DNA from: Cyanobacteriota bacterium
GTDB lineage: Bacteria; Cyanobacteriota; Cyanobacteriia; PCC-6307; Cyanobiaceae
DNA length: 64,000 nt
NCBI GenBank assembly: GCA_046052125.1
Contig: JBJOMY010000001.1
Span: forward strand, 726,431 to 790,430
Direction: 5' to 3'
Each line of letters begins with the position of its first letter. The first letter of the stretch is position 1. Positions 27,801 through 37,158 of this stretch are shown piece by piece. The translations under genes and the position numbers were made by a program. The notes below the pieces were generated by a model that was not told the origin of the DNA, made no database searches, and worked only from the letters and a program-made list of their open reading frames with translations.

Positions 27801-28084
27801 AGCAGCTGCGCCAATGGCACGGGCACTACAGCCAGCGCTGTTGGCCCCTGCCGCCAGACACCGGCTGGGCCTTGGCCTCTGCGGCGGAGCCGCGCCGCTG
27901 GAGCGCCGCCCAGAGCGCCTGGGAGGGCAACGCGATGCTGCGGGGCGAACGGCGCGATCCCGTTCAGGCGGTGTGTTTCGGGGCGGATCTGCCGGCGGCG
28001 GAGCTGCTCACCCCTGAACTGCAACAGCTGGCCCTTGCGCTGCACGGGCCGCTCCTGGAGCGGCGCCAGGAGGTGAAGGGATGA
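24803..28084 (+). CDS. recC: Exodeoxyribonuclease V gamma subunit
   Basis: LYRSNRAELL, LEPRDILVMTP, PMRAIPHKVVVLMGL and DRYVLLESLLSAR. Confidence 0.93.
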   Translation: MLTLYRSNRAELLAQVLATQLRLDPPGPLEQIQVVVNTWPTSRWLGEQIATGNGAGIAANLRFPFPTSLLRQLVDQLLAEPELELETPVSGPDPWRAQNLVWPLLEQLPALLAEPEAAPLQRWLQQRQGDQQLRQLDRPLWQLTRAIADAIDDYGLYRPAMLEAWLRGQAVDGRGQPLAEALHWQPLLVRRLAEQLQGQPFGLRALELIRRLQQGWRPDPTSSSEQPLRLFGLSSLAPVQVELLQALSAVQAVELYLLTPCRDLWQRRDGAGSRDPLSSDWLLEVPGLEARFGRLGAEFQQLLEGSGENQLGEWREGDLFFAPARVASEQGRPASLLEQLQERLASGAADGEGGEPLEAAAGDTSLEFHACPGRLRQLQVVRDRLLQLLAADPELEPRDILVMTPQVEAFAPLVGAVFGDSGATGVTLPWRLTDRSQQSEAGISQGLLELLQLGGERFTASALERLLACAPLLEAQALASDDAAAISRTLQEAGFRWGLDGRDRGGDDSHSLEWAIDRLVLGLVLPEWPGLAPGGCAPLALEPSLEQQERWIALLRALLRWLRWLGQARTPAQWLQGLRTLLTELFGDGGERAWELQSIHAALADWKAVAESSDLELAAPVVAELLGERLSEGSGRFGHRSGALTISALEPMRAIPHKVVVLMGLDAGAFPRQKQRPGFHLLEQQRQLGDPNSGDQDRYVLLESLLSARQHLLISWSNRDERTGERLEASTPVRQWLEWLSRELPELPVREHYANPLERGNFLSDPPWPPASCDRRLLQARRQLEQGSAEPAQRGLAFSAIPPQPLQPPALTPQQAWINLRQWLEHPQRQWLEGLGLRPREFDNPVLDRDALELQERERAALLRGQLDPLPNALPDWQWLEQGTGLLPPQAAGELEVQQLQQRWLALRDCLEQLGEATTRSTRWQNLEGDLHWRGRQLVVVHTAKPRPAQRMALWLELLLACAAGEAPTGAALVGRDGQRFRVLERLEALPAAAAADHLEQLRQWHGHYSQRCWPLPPDTGWALASAAEPRRWSAAQSAWEGNAMLRGERRDPVQAVCFGADLPAAELLTPELQQLALALHGPLLERRQEVKG

Positions 28085-31000
28085 GCACCCTGGCCCGCTT
28101 CGATGCCAATGCCATGCCCCTGAGCCCGGGCATCCGCCTCCTGGAGGCCAGCGCCGGCACCGGCAAAACCTTCGCCCTGGCCCATCTGGTGCTGCGCCTG
28201 CTCAGCGAGGGAGCAAAGCCGCTCAGCGTGGAGCAACTGCTGGTGGTCACCTTCACCGATGCGGCGGCGGCGGAACTGCGCGATCGCATCGCCCGCCGGC
28301 TCCAGGAGGCCCTGCAGTTGCTGGAGCCAGGCTGCAGCACACCCCCAGGCGATGAGCCGCTGGCGGCCTGGCACGCGGCCCTCGCCCCTGCGGCGCCGGG
28401 CTTGCTGCGGGGCCGCCTGCTCCTGGCGCTCGAGCAGCTTGATCGCGCCGACATCACCACCATCCATGGCTTCTGCCGGCGCACCTTGCAGCGCCAGGCC
28501 CTGGAGGCAGGCCTGGGCCCGGCGGTGAGCCTCGAGAACGAAGGGCGCGAACGCCGCGCCGAGCTGGTGCACGACTACTGGAGCAGGCAGGTGTTGCCCC
28601 TACCCGCGGGCTACCTGGCCGGCTTGCGTCAGCGGCACATCACCCCCGATCAGCTCTCTGGCCTGCTCGGCAGCCTCGATGGAGACCCGGCCCTCAGCCT
28701 CGAGCCCCTGCCAGAGCCGCTGAGCGCCAATGCGCCTCTGGCACCGCAACTGGAGGCGATCTGGCAGGAGCGCTGGCAGGTGTTCCGGCAGGAGTGGCAG
28801 GAGCGCAGCGAAACCCTGGAAACCGATCTGGCGGCTGCAGCCGCAGAGCTCAAGAGCCTCCAGCTGCCCTACAAGCCCTACCGGCTCAAAGCCAAGCCCG
28901 ACAAGCTGCAACGCGTGCAGGCCTGGCTGGATGGCCTCAGCGATCCCGAACAAGCCCCCAGCTACCAGGAGGTGCTGAGCCAGAGCGATCTGCTCGGCTA
29001 CTTCCACCCCGGCAGCTTCTGCAAGGTGGCGGCCCAGGCCCATGGCGATGGGGTGTCGCTCCCGCAACGGCCTTTGCTGGAGGCGATCGCAGCCCTGGCG
29101 GATGGCCCGGCGGAGCTGCTGCTGCTCCATTTCGCCCACTGGGGCCGCGCTGAGCTGGCGCGGCGGCGTGAGCGCAGCGGCCAGATGGGCTTCGCGCAAC
29201 TGCTCGAGCAACTTGATCCAGGCCCCGAGCCCGCCATTCCCTCGCCGCTGCTGGAGGCGGTGGCCCGGCGCTACCGCGCCGCCTTGATCGATGAATTTCA
29301 GGACACCGATCCGCTGCAGTGGCGGATCCTGCAGCGGGCCTTCACCGGCAGGGAGCCTGGGCATCTGCTGGTGATGGTGGGTGACCCCAAGCAGGCGATC
29401 TACCGCTTCCGCGGCGGCGAGCTGGCCACCTACCGACTGGCGGCGCAAGCCGCCAGCGAGCGCTACGGGCTCACCGAAAACCGCCGCTCCAGCGCTGCCT
29501 TGGTGGAGGGGCTCAATGCCCTGATGCAGCCCGGACTGGTGCGCTCCGAGCTGGAGGTGCCGGCAGTACAGGCCAAGGCCCAAAAGGGCACGTTGCAGCT
29601 AGCTGAAGGCGAAGCGCCCCTAAAGGTTCTTCCCCTCGAGCCCGCTCAACTTGAGAGCCAGATGGCCGCGCTCTGCCAGCAGTTGCTCGAGCGGCGACTG
29701 GTGTTGCGGCAAGGGGATCAGGAGCGCAGGCTGCGGCCAGGGGATCTCTGCCTACTGGTGGGGCGCCACAGCCAGGCGGAGAGCCTGCGGGCGGCGTTGG
29801 AGCGGCGTCAGCTGCCCAGCCGGCTGGTGAGCCGCGGGGATGTGTTCGAAAGCCTGGGCGCCACCGCCCTGCAGCGGCTGCTCGATGCCCTCGCCAACCC
29901 AGGCGATCCAGGCCGGCAGCGGCTCCTGGCGGCTTCGCCGCTGTTGGGCTGGTCGGCGGCCGAGCTGCAGAGCCGCCCTCCCGAGCGCTGGGATCAGCTG
30001 GCGGCCGAGCTGAGCCAGTGGGCGCAGCAACTGCCGCGGCTGGGGCTCACCGGCGTGCTCGCAGAGCTGCTCGCAGCCGATGGGCTGGCGCGGTTGTCGC
30101 TGCGGGGGCGGGCCCTGGCGGATCTGCAGCAGGCAGCCGAGCTGGTGCAGGAGCAGATGCACAGCCAGGGGTTGGGGGCCGTGGCGGCGGCGGATTGGCT
30201 GCGCAACCTGAGGCTGCAGGAAGAGCGCGACCCACCCGAGGAGCACCTCTGCCGCAGCGATGCCGCCGAATCAGCGATCGCCGTGGTGACGGTGCACCGC
30301 AGCAAGGGCCTGGAGTACCCGGTGGTGATCTGCCCCTATCTCTGGAAGGCACCCGCCCCGGCCAAAGCAGGCAGCCAGCGGCTGGGCCGGCGCTGGTTGC
30401 CGCCCGGCGCCAGCCAACCGCAGCTCGATCTGCACCTCAATCCCTACTGGGGCCGCGGCCGCCAAGCCGCTTTCCAAGACCACCACGCCCAGCTGCAGGA
30501 GGCGGAACGCCTGGCCTATGTGGCGTGCACCCGGGCGCAACACCTGCTGGTGCTCGGCTGGCCGGGGGCGGAGCTGGCCGAAGCGGGCAACCCCTTGAGC
30601 CCCTGGCTGGAGCACCGCAACCTCACGGCACTGCAGCCCATCGATCTGGCCCAGCTGCCACCGCTGGAGCGGCGCTGGAGCCCGGAGCCCGAAAGCGGTG
30701 AGCTGGAGCTGGGCCCCACCCCCAGCCGCTCGCTCGATAGCCGCTGGGGCCGGGCCAGCTATTCCGCCTGGACCCACAGCGACGCCGCCCTGCCCCCCCA
30801 GGCCCGCGACGAAGGCCGCGACAACGATGCCCTCACCCCAAGCGACGACAGCAGCGAATTAGTCCCAGCGGAGGACGGCACGCGCTGGCCGGTGTTGGGG
30901 CCCCTGGCCCACTTCCCCCGCGGCGCCGGTCCGGGTGATGCCCTGCACCGGATGCTCGAGCAGGTGGAGTTCCGCCAACTGGCGGACAACCCCGAAGCCA

Positions 31001-31722
31001 GCCGCGCGCTGTTGCTGCAGGAGCTGGAGCGGGCGGCTCTCGATCCCGAGCAGATCGAACCGCTGCTCGAGGGGCTGCAGCTGGTGGCGAGCAGTCCTCT
31101 GGGGGGAGCCTTGGGCCGCTGCCGGCTGGCGGATCTGGAGAGCGGCAGCTGGTTGAGCGAGCTCAACTTCGATCTGCCTCTGGCCCACAGGGATCGCGAT
31201 CGGCTCGTGCGCAGCAGCGGCCTGGCGGCAGCCTTCGAGCAACACCCCGGGGGCCGCTTCGGGGCCGCCTACGCCGAGCAGCTGCGCGGCCTGCAGGTGG
31301 CCAGCCGCGGCTTCCTCACCGGCTCGATCGACCTGGTGTTCCAGTGGCAGGAGCGCTGGTGGGTGGCCGATTGGAAGAGCAACTGGCTGGGGCGGCGCGA
31401 CAGCCAGGGCCAGGTGGTGGCCTGCGGCCCCGCCGATTACAACCAGCCAGCCATGGCCGAGCTGATGGCCCGCAGCCACTACCCCCTGCAGGCGCATTTG
31501 TATTTGGTGGCCCTGCACCGCTACCTGCACTGGCGCCTGCCCGGCTACGACCCCGCCCAACACCTGGGCGGCTACGCCTACGTGTTCTTGCGTGGTGTGG
31601 CCGGTCCGGCGGCAGAGGCTGAGGCCCAACAGGGGGCGGGCGTTCCCGGTGTGCTGGTGGACACCCCCCCGCTGAGCCGCTTGCTGACCCTCGATGCGCT
31701 GTTGCGGGAGGGGCAGCCATGA
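28081..31722 (+). CDS. recB: Exodeoxyribonuclease V beta subunit
   Basis: EASAGTGKT, LIDEFQDTD, VGDPKQAIYRFRG, TVHRSKGLEY and nuclease motif GSIDLVF...ADWKSN. Confidence 0.96.
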   Translation: MSTLARFDANAMPLSPGIRLLEASAGTGKTFALAHLVLRLLSEGAKPLSVEQLLVVTFTDAAAAELRDRIARRLQEALQLLEPGCSTPPGDEPLAAWHAALAPAAPGLLRGRLLLALEQLDRADITTIHGFCRRTLQRQALEAGLGPAVSLENEGRERRAELVHDYWSRQVLPLPAGYLAGLRQRHITPDQLSGLLGSLDGDPALSLEPLPEPLSANAPLAPQLEAIWQERWQVFRQEWQERSETLETDLAAAAAELKSLQLPYKPYRLKAKPDKLQRVQAWLDGLSDPEQAPSYQEVLSQSDLLGYFHPGSFCKVAAQAHGDGVSLPQRPLLEAIAALADGPAELLLLHFAHWGRAELARRRERSGQMGFAQLLEQLDPGPEPAIPSPLLEAVARRYRAALIDEFQDTDPLQWRILQRAFTGREPGHLLVMVGDPKQAIYRFRGGELATYRLAAQAASERYGLTENRRSSAALVEGLNALMQPGLVRSELEVPAVQAKAQKGTLQLAEGEAPLKVLPLEPAQLESQMAALCQQLLERRLVLRQGDQERRLRPGDLCLLVGRHSQAESLRAALERRQLPSRLVSRGDVFESLGATALQRLLDALANPGDPGRQRLLAASPLLGWSAAELQSRPPERWDQLAAELSQWAQQLPRLGLTGVLAELLAADGLARLSLRGRALADLQQAAELVQEQMHSQGLGAVAAADWLRNLRLQEERDPPEEHLCRSDAAESAIAVVTVHRSKGLEYPVVICPYLWKAPAPAKAGSQRLGRRWLPPGASQPQLDLHLNPYWGRGRQAAFQDHHAQLQEAERLAYVACTRAQHLLVLGWPGAELAEAGNPLSPWLEHRNLTALQPIDLAQLPPLERRWSPEPESGELELGPTPSRSLDSRWGRASYSAWTHSDAALPPQARDEGRDNDALTPSDDSSELVPAEDGTRWPVLGPLAHFPRGAGPGDALHRMLEQVEFRQLADNPEASRALLLQELERAALDPEQIEPLLEGLQLVASSPLGGALGRCRLADLESGSWLSELNFDLPLAHRDRDRLVRSSGLAAAFEQHPGGRFGAAYAEQLRGLQVASRGFLTGSIDLVFQWQERWWVADWKSNWLGRRDSQGQVVACGPADYNQPAMAELMARSHYPLQAHLYLVALHRYLHWRLPGYDPAQHLGGYAYVFLRGVAGPAAEAEAQQGAGVPGVLVDTPPLSRLLTLDALLREGQP

Positions 31723-33356
31723 ACCAGCTCGCCTCCGCCCTGGGCGACACCCTGTTGCGCCGGCTTCCCCCTGCGGCCACCAGTGATCCGGCCCTACTGC
31801 TGCAGGCCAGCCGCGCCCTGATCGCCGCTTTGGAGCAGGGCGAACTGGGGCTCGATCTCGAAGGCCCACCCCCGGAGGGCGTGGAGGCGAGCAGCTGGCC
31901 GGAGGCCACCTTGCAGGCACTGGCCGCCAGCGGCTGGATGGCGGAAGCTGATCAGCTGGCAGCGAACTCGAGCGCCGAAGCCAGCTCCGCCAGCCACGCC
32001 GTGATCATGCGCGATGGGCGCTGGCTGCGCTGGCGCCGCTGGCATGAGCAGAGGCTCCTGTGCCTGGACGACCTGATCCAGCGGGCTCAAGCCTCGCTGC
32101 AGCCGGCTCCCACCGCTCAAGCGATCGCCGCCGCCACCGCCAGCGCTGCCGCAGCAGGGCTCGACCCTCAGCAACAGGCCGCAGTGGCAGCACTCCTGAA
32201 GCACCAGCTGGTGTTGCTGCTCGGAGGCCCGGGCACCGGCAAAACCTCCACCGTGGCCCAGATGCTCCAGGCCGCCCTAGCCCTCGATCCGCAGCTGCGG
32301 GTGCAACTGGCAGCGCCCACGGGCAAAGCGGCGGCCCGCCTCAGCGCAGCGCTGGACGCCGTGCACCCACTGCCCTGCTCCACCCTGCACCGGCTGCTCG
32401 AAGCGCGGGGCAACGGCCGCTTCGCCCGCAACGCAAAGCAGCCGCTGGAGCTCGATCTGCTGGTGGTGGATGAACTCTCGATGGTGGATCTGCCCCTGAT
32501 GCGCGCCCTGTTGGAGGCAATGCCCGCCCAGGCACGCCTCTTGCTCGTGGGGGATGCAGGGCAGCTGCCACCGGTGGGCACCGGTGCGGTGTTGGAGGAA
32601 CTGTCGCGAGCGGAGCTGCGAGAGCGATTGGGAGCAGCGGTGGTGGAGCTCACCACCACCTACCGCAACAACGGCGCCATCGCCGCATTGGCCTCGGCCC
32701 TGCGCCAGGCCCCCGAGCGAACCTCCGATCCCCTGCCAGCGCTGCGGCCATTGCTCAGCCAACTCACCAGCGAAGACAACCTGCGCTGGCTGGAATGCCC
32801 CCTGCAGCAACTCCCGCCGGAGGTGCTCCAGCCCCTGCGGGAGCACCAACAGCGTTTGCGGCAGCTGAGCCTGGCCCTGCGCTGGCAGGGCGGTGAGGTG
32901 GAGCCCAGCGGCAGCGCCGCCCTGCTCAGCGAACTGGAGCAGCTGATGGCCCTGAGCCCCCTGCGGCAGGGGCCCTGGGGCGTGGCAGCGCTGCACCGCG
33001 CCTTGCTGGGGCCGGCGGCCACGGGCCCGCTGGAGCGCTGGCCCCTGGGCACACCGGTGCTCAACCGCCGCAACCATCCCGAGCAAAACCTGGCCAACGG
33101 TGAAATCGGCGTGCTGGTGGAGCGCAACGGGCAGCGGCTGGTGTTGATGGCCGGCGATCGGCTGCTCCATCCCGCCCGGCTGGCGGGGGCCGAACCGGCC
33201 CTGGCGCTCACGGTGCACAAAGCCCAGGGCAGCCAGTACAGGCAGGTGCTTTTGCTGGTGCCCCCGAGCCGTCACGGCGATCCACGCCTGCTCTACACGG
33301 GACTCACCCGCGCCCGCCAGGCGGTGCTGCTGGTCACCCCGGCCCAGGCTGCCTAG
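31719..33356 (+). CDS. recD: Exodeoxyribonuclease V alpha subunit
   Basis: GGPGTGKT, AAPTGKAA, VVDELSMVD, TVHKAQGSQY and LYTGLTRAR. Confidence 0.94.
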   Translation: MNQLASALGDTLLRRLPPAATSDPALLLQASRALIAALEQGELGLDLEGPPPEGVEASSWPEATLQALAASGWMAEADQLAANSSAEASSASHAVIMRDGRWLRWRRWHEQRLLCLDDLIQRAQASLQPAPTAQAIAAATASAAAAGLDPQQQAAVAALLKHQLVLLLGGPGTGKTSTVAQMLQAALALDPQLRVQLAAPTGKAAARLSAALDAVHPLPCSTLHRLLEARGNGRFARNAKQPLELDLLVVDELSMVDLPLMRALLEAMPAQARLLLVGDAGQLPPVGTGAVLEELSRAELRERLGAAVVELTTTYRNNGAIAALASALRQAPERTSDPLPALRPLLSQLTSEDNLRWLECPLQQLPPEVLQPLREHQQRLRQLSLALRWQGGEVEPSGSAALLSELEQLMALSPLRQGPWGVAALHRALLGPAATGPLERWPLGTPVLNRRNHPEQNLANGEIGVLVERNGQRLVLMAGDRLLHPARLAGAEPALALTVHKAQGSQYRQVLLLVPPSRHGDPRLLYTGLTRARQAVLLVTPAQAA

Positions 33357-33366
33357 CCTCAGCCCC

Positions 33367-33732
33367 ATGGCCAACGTTGTGGAGCGCCCCTGGGGCTGGT
33401 TTGAACCGCTGGGCGGCGGCGAGGGCTACCTGGTAAAACGCCTTTGCATCCGCGCCCAGCAGCGCATCAGCCTGCAGCGCCACCGCCACCGGAGCGAGCA
33501 CTGGGTGGTGGTGGCCGGATCGGGCACGCTCCAGTGCAACAACGACACGCTCACGGCCGAGCCGGGCACGAGCCTGTTCATTCCCTGCGGTGCCCTGCAC
33601 CGCGCCAGCGCGGGCGAGCACGACCTACTGATCGTGGAGGTGCAGCGCGGAGAGCAGCTCAGCGAAGACGACATCGAACGCATCGCCGACGACTATCAGC
33701 GCCTCGGCGAGGGCAGTTCCATCGAGTGTTAA
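33367..33732 (+). CDS. Mannose-6-phosphate isomerase type II C-terminal cupin
   Basis: RPWGWF, SLQRHRHRSEHWVVV and EVQRGEQLSEDDIERIADDY. Confidence 0.9.
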   Translation: MANVVERPWGWFEPLGGGEGYLVKRLCIRAQQRISLQRHRHRSEHWVVVAGSGTLQCNNDTLTAEPGTSLFIPCGALHRASAGEHDLLIVEVQRGEQLSEDDIERIADDYQRLGEGSSIEC

Positions 33733-33837
33733 GTTGAGTTCGAGACCCTTTGTGTAAGGGCAAGGCAGTTATTCGAAGCTCAAACGCAGCTCAGCGCCGC
33801 ACAACGGCACTCTTCGCGTGATCGCTTCATCTCCAGG

Positions 33838-35778
33838 GTGTCTGCCGGCCTGTCGACGAAGGACATTTCAGGCCCAGCGATTTACAACGTGACCCAAAGC
33901 ATTTGCGAGAGCCTCAACAGCTCATCGGACGAACGCGCCACAACATCTTCTCTGCAGAACGATTCATCTCCTGAACAGACCATCCCAGCGGTGGATCTGA
34001 GCGCTGCTGTTGATCTGAGCGCCATCGATCTCCCCACCACCAGCAGCGATGCCCCTGTGGAGGTGAGCACCACTGTGATCCCGGCCAAGCCCCAGGGCTT
34101 CGCCAGCTTCGGCTTCGCTCCTGAACTGCTCGATGCGCTCACGGCGATCGGCTACCAGGAACCCTCCCCGATCCAGAAAGCCGCCATCCCCGAGCTGCTG
34201 CTCGGCCGCGACCTGGTGGGGCAGGCCCAGACCGGCACGGGCAAAACCGCGGCGTTCGCCCTACCGATGCTGGCGGCCCTCGATGCGGAGCAGCGCACCC
34301 CCCAGGTGCTCGTGCTCACCCCCACCCGGGAACTGGCGATCCAGGTGGCCGATGCCTTCAAGAGCTACGCGGCCAACATGCCGCACCTGCGCGTGCTGCC
34401 GCTCTACGGCGGCTCCGACTTCCGCGATCAGATCGTGCGCCTCAAGCGCGGCGTGCAGATCGTGGTGGGCACCCCCGGTCGGGTGATGGACCACATGCGT
34501 CAGGGCACTCTCGATCTCTCAGGCCTGCGCAGCCTGGTGCTCGATGAGGCCGATGAAATGCTGCGCATGGGCTTCATCGACGACGTGGAATGGGTGCTCG
34601 AGCAGCTCCCCAGCCAGCGTCAGGTGGTGCTGTTCTCAGCGACGATGCCCCCGGAGATCCGGCGCATCTCCCACAAGTATCTGAACGATCCCGCCGAGAT
34701 CACGATCAAGACCAAAGGGTCGGATTCGAGCCGGATTCGTCAGCGCTTCATCACGGTGAACGGGCCCCAGAAGCTCGAGGCCCTCACCCGCGTGCTGGAA
34801 GCGGAAACCAAGGAAGGGGTGATCATCTTCGCCCGCACCAAGGCGATCACCGTCACCGTGGCCGAGGCCCTGGAAGCCAAGGGTTACGATGTGGCCGTGC
34901 TCAACGGCGACGTAGCCCAGAGCCAGCGTGAACGCACGATCGAACGGCTCAAGAACGGCACCGTGGATGTGCTGGTGGCCACCGATGTGGCGGCCCGCGG
35001 CCTCGATGTGGACCGCATCACCCTGGTGGTGAACTACGACATCCCCTTCGATTCCGAGGCCTACGTGCACCGCATCGGTCGCACCGGCCGGGCCGGCCGC
35101 ACCGGCGACGCGATCCTGTTTGTCACCCCGCGGGAGCGGCGTTTCCTCGGCGGACTGGAGCGGGCGGTGGGCCGGCCGATCGAGGCCATGGAGATCCCCA
35201 GCAACGCCACCATCAACCAGAGCCGTCTCGATCGGCTGCGCCAACGCCTCTGCGACGGTTTGAGCAGCGAAGGCCGCGAGGAGGAGCGGGCGCTGCTTTC
35301 CGAGATCCTGCAGCGGGTGGGCCAGGAAAGCGGCGCCAGCCCCGAGCAACTCGCCCTGGCCGCCCTGCAGCTGGCGGTGGGCGCCCAGCCCCTGCTGGTG
35401 CAGGGCGATGAGAGCTGGATTCGCCAGAACAGCGGCGGCCGCGATGCCCGCGACAGCCGCGATGGCCGCCGCCAGGAGCGACCCGGCCCCGGTGGTCAAC
35501 TGCGCCGCGGCCCCCGCGAGCAGTCCGGCCCGCCGGAATCCGGCATGGAGCGCTTCCGCATCGAGGTGGGCTGGCGCGATCGCGTGAAGCCCGGAAACAT
35601 CGTGGGCGCCATCGCCAATGAAGCCGGCCTCAACGGCCGCAGCATCGGCCGCATCCAGATCTTCGATGCCCACAGCCTGGTGGATCTACCCCAGGGCATG
35701 CCCGAAGACGTGTTCCAGGGTCTGCGGCGACTGAAGGTGATGAACCGCGAACTGCAGATCAGCCGCTCCCGCGACTGA
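33838..35778 (+). CDS. deaD: DEAD-box RNA helicase (DeaD/CsdA-like, with DbpA-type C-terminal RNA-binding domain)
   Basis: AQTGTGKT, PTRELA, LDEADEML, SAT, HRIGRTGRAG and RFRIEVG..D.VKPGNIVGAIANE. The start is uncertain. Confidence 0.93.
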   Translation: MSAGLSTKDISGPAIYNVTQSICESLNSSSDERATTSSLQNDSSPEQTIPAVDLSAAVDLSAIDLPTTSSDAPVEVSTTVIPAKPQGFASFGFAPELLDALTAIGYQEPSPIQKAAIPELLLGRDLVGQAQTGTGKTAAFALPMLAALDAEQRTPQVLVLTPTRELAIQVADAFKSYAANMPHLRVLPLYGGSDFRDQIVRLKRGVQIVVGTPGRVMDHMRQGTLDLSGLRSLVLDEADEMLRMGFIDDVEWVLEQLPSQRQVVLFSATMPPEIRRISHKYLNDPAEITIKTKGSDSSRIRQRFITVNGPQKLEALTRVLEAETKEGVIIFARTKAITVTVAEALEAKGYDVAVLNGDVAQSQRERTIERLKNGTVDVLVATDVAARGLDVDRITLVVNYDIPFDSEAYVHRIGRTGRAGRTGDAILFVTPRERRFLGGLERAVGRPIEAMEIPSNATINQSRLDRLRQRLCDGLSSEGREEERALLSEILQRVGQESGASPEQLALAALQLAVGAQPLLVQGDESWIRQNSGGRDARDSRDGRRQERPGPGGQLRRGPREQSGPPESGMERFRIEVGWRDRVKPGNIVGAIANEAGLNGRSIGRIQIFDAHSLVDLPQGMPEDVFQGLRRLKVMNRELQISRSRD

Positions 35779-35804
35779 TCCGGCTGATCAGGCTCAAGCG
35801 GGGC

Positions 35805-36017
35805 TCAGGCACACAGGCCGGTGAGCCCCTCGGTGGAGAGCTCGGTGGACAGCAACGTCAGCTGCTCCACACCGAGGCGCTCCACCGCCACCACCAGACT
35901 GGGCTGGGCGCTTTCACTCTCACTGGCCACAAGGCTCTGCAGCAGATCAAAGCGATCCTGGGGAGCCAGTTCGCCGTTATCACTCCAGGCCAGACTCCAG
36001 GGCACGGGTGCCGTCAT
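35805..36017 (-). CDS. Small hypothetical protein
   Basis: 70-aa ORF (WSLAWSDNGELAPQDRFDLL) with a plausible start. Confidence 0.55.
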   Translation of the reverse strand: MTAPVPWSLAWSDNGELAPQDRFDLLQSLVASESESAQPSLVVAVERLGVEQLTLLSTELSTEGLTGLCA

Positions 36018-36289
36018 GGGAGGCGCTCGCTACGAGTGTGGGTTCACTGACAATCGGACAATAGTTGGGGATCGCTGCGTTTCTTCCGCTTCCCTTCGCT
36101 GTTGCTTCAAGCCTCTTCACCTGGATGACCCGGTGGCATCCCGGGTGGCAGTCCAGGCCCGCAGCATCGCTGCAGCAGCCCGCAAGTGTCCGGAGCATGC
36201 CCCTGTAGGCTGACAGAGATTCAAAGGCTTACTGCCTCCTTCAGGAACCGCAGCACCCACGGATCAGTTTTCAGGTTCCGCATCAAGGA

Positions 36290-36712
36290 ATGACCATTTA
36301 CATCGGCAACCTCTCGTTTCAGGCCGAACAAGAGGATTTGCTTGACCTCTTCAGCCAGTACGGCGAAGTGGCCAAGTGCAGCCTTCCCCTCGACCGCGAG
36401 ACCGGCCGTAAGCGCGGTTTCGCCTTCGTCGAAATGGCCAATGAGGCCGACGAACAGAAAGCCGTCGACGATCTCCAGAACGTCGAGTGGATGGGTCGCA
36501 TGATCCGCGTGAACAAGGCCACTCCCCGCCAAGGCGGCGGCGGTGGTGGCGGCGGCTACGGCGGTGGTGGTGGCGGCGGCGGCCGTGGCGGCTACGGCGG
36601 TGGCGGTGGTGGCCGCGGCGGCTATGGCGGTGGCGGTGGTCGCGGTGGCGACGGCGGCTACGGCGGTGGTGGTGGCGGCGGCTATGACGGCGGCGGCGGC
36701 AACCGCTGGTGA
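36290..36712 (+). CDS. rbp: RRM RNA-binding protein with Gly-rich tail
   Basis: RNP2 IYIGNL, RNP1 RGFAFVEM and C-terminal GGGGY repeats. Confidence 0.95.
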   Translation: MTIYIGNLSFQAEQEDLLDLFSQYGEVAKCSLPLDRETGRKRGFAFVEMANEADEQKAVDDLQNVEWMGRMIRVNKATPRQGGGGGGGGYGGGGGGGGRGGYGGGGGGRGGYGGGGGRGGDGGYGGGGGGGYDGGGGNRW

Positions 36713-36745
36713 TCACGCGCTGATCGAGGCTTGAGCCTCCATCAG

Positions 36746-36789
36746 AAAAGCCCTGGGTGCTGGCAGATTCGCCGGCCCCAGGGCTTTTT
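36746..36789 (+). terminator. Rho-independent (bidirectional) terminator after rbp
   Basis: AAAAGCCCTGGG...CCCAGGGCTTTTT. Confidence 0.8.
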
Positions 36790-36838
36790 GCTGGCCAGGG
36801 CCCTGATCACAGGCCCTGGCCGAGATCACCAACGCACC

Positions 36839-37039
36839 TCAGGCGATGGCTTCGCTCTCGTCGAGCTCGATCAGATCGTGCAGCTGATCCCGTTGCCATT
36901 CGCGGCAGCGCACTTCGGTGGCCGGATGGGTGGGCTGGAGTTCGCCCTCGCGGGGTTCAGGCAGCGCATTGCGCAGGCTGCGGCGACGCAACTTCGCTGT
37001 CCAGCGATGGAAACGATGGAAGTCTCGGGTCCGTGTCAT
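36839..37039 (-). CDS. Small hypothetical protein (66 aa)
   Basis: ATG at 37039 preceded by a strong GGAGGT SD. Confidence 0.6.
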   Translation of the reverse strand: MTRTRDFHRFHRWTAKLRRRSLRNALPEPREGELQPTHPATEVRCREWQRDQLHDLIELDESEAIA

Positions 37040-37158
37040 GAACACCTCCAGGTGGTGACACCACTGGTCTAACGCGGCCATCGCCCACCGCAATGTCCGC
37101 GGGAAACAGATTCACAGAGGCAGCTTCACAGTGGCTGCACAGCCGGGGATTCGGCTCG

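Noticed and set aside
36533..36700. GGC/GGT repeat tract
   Set aside because: It encodes the ordinary Gly-rich tail of the RRM protein.
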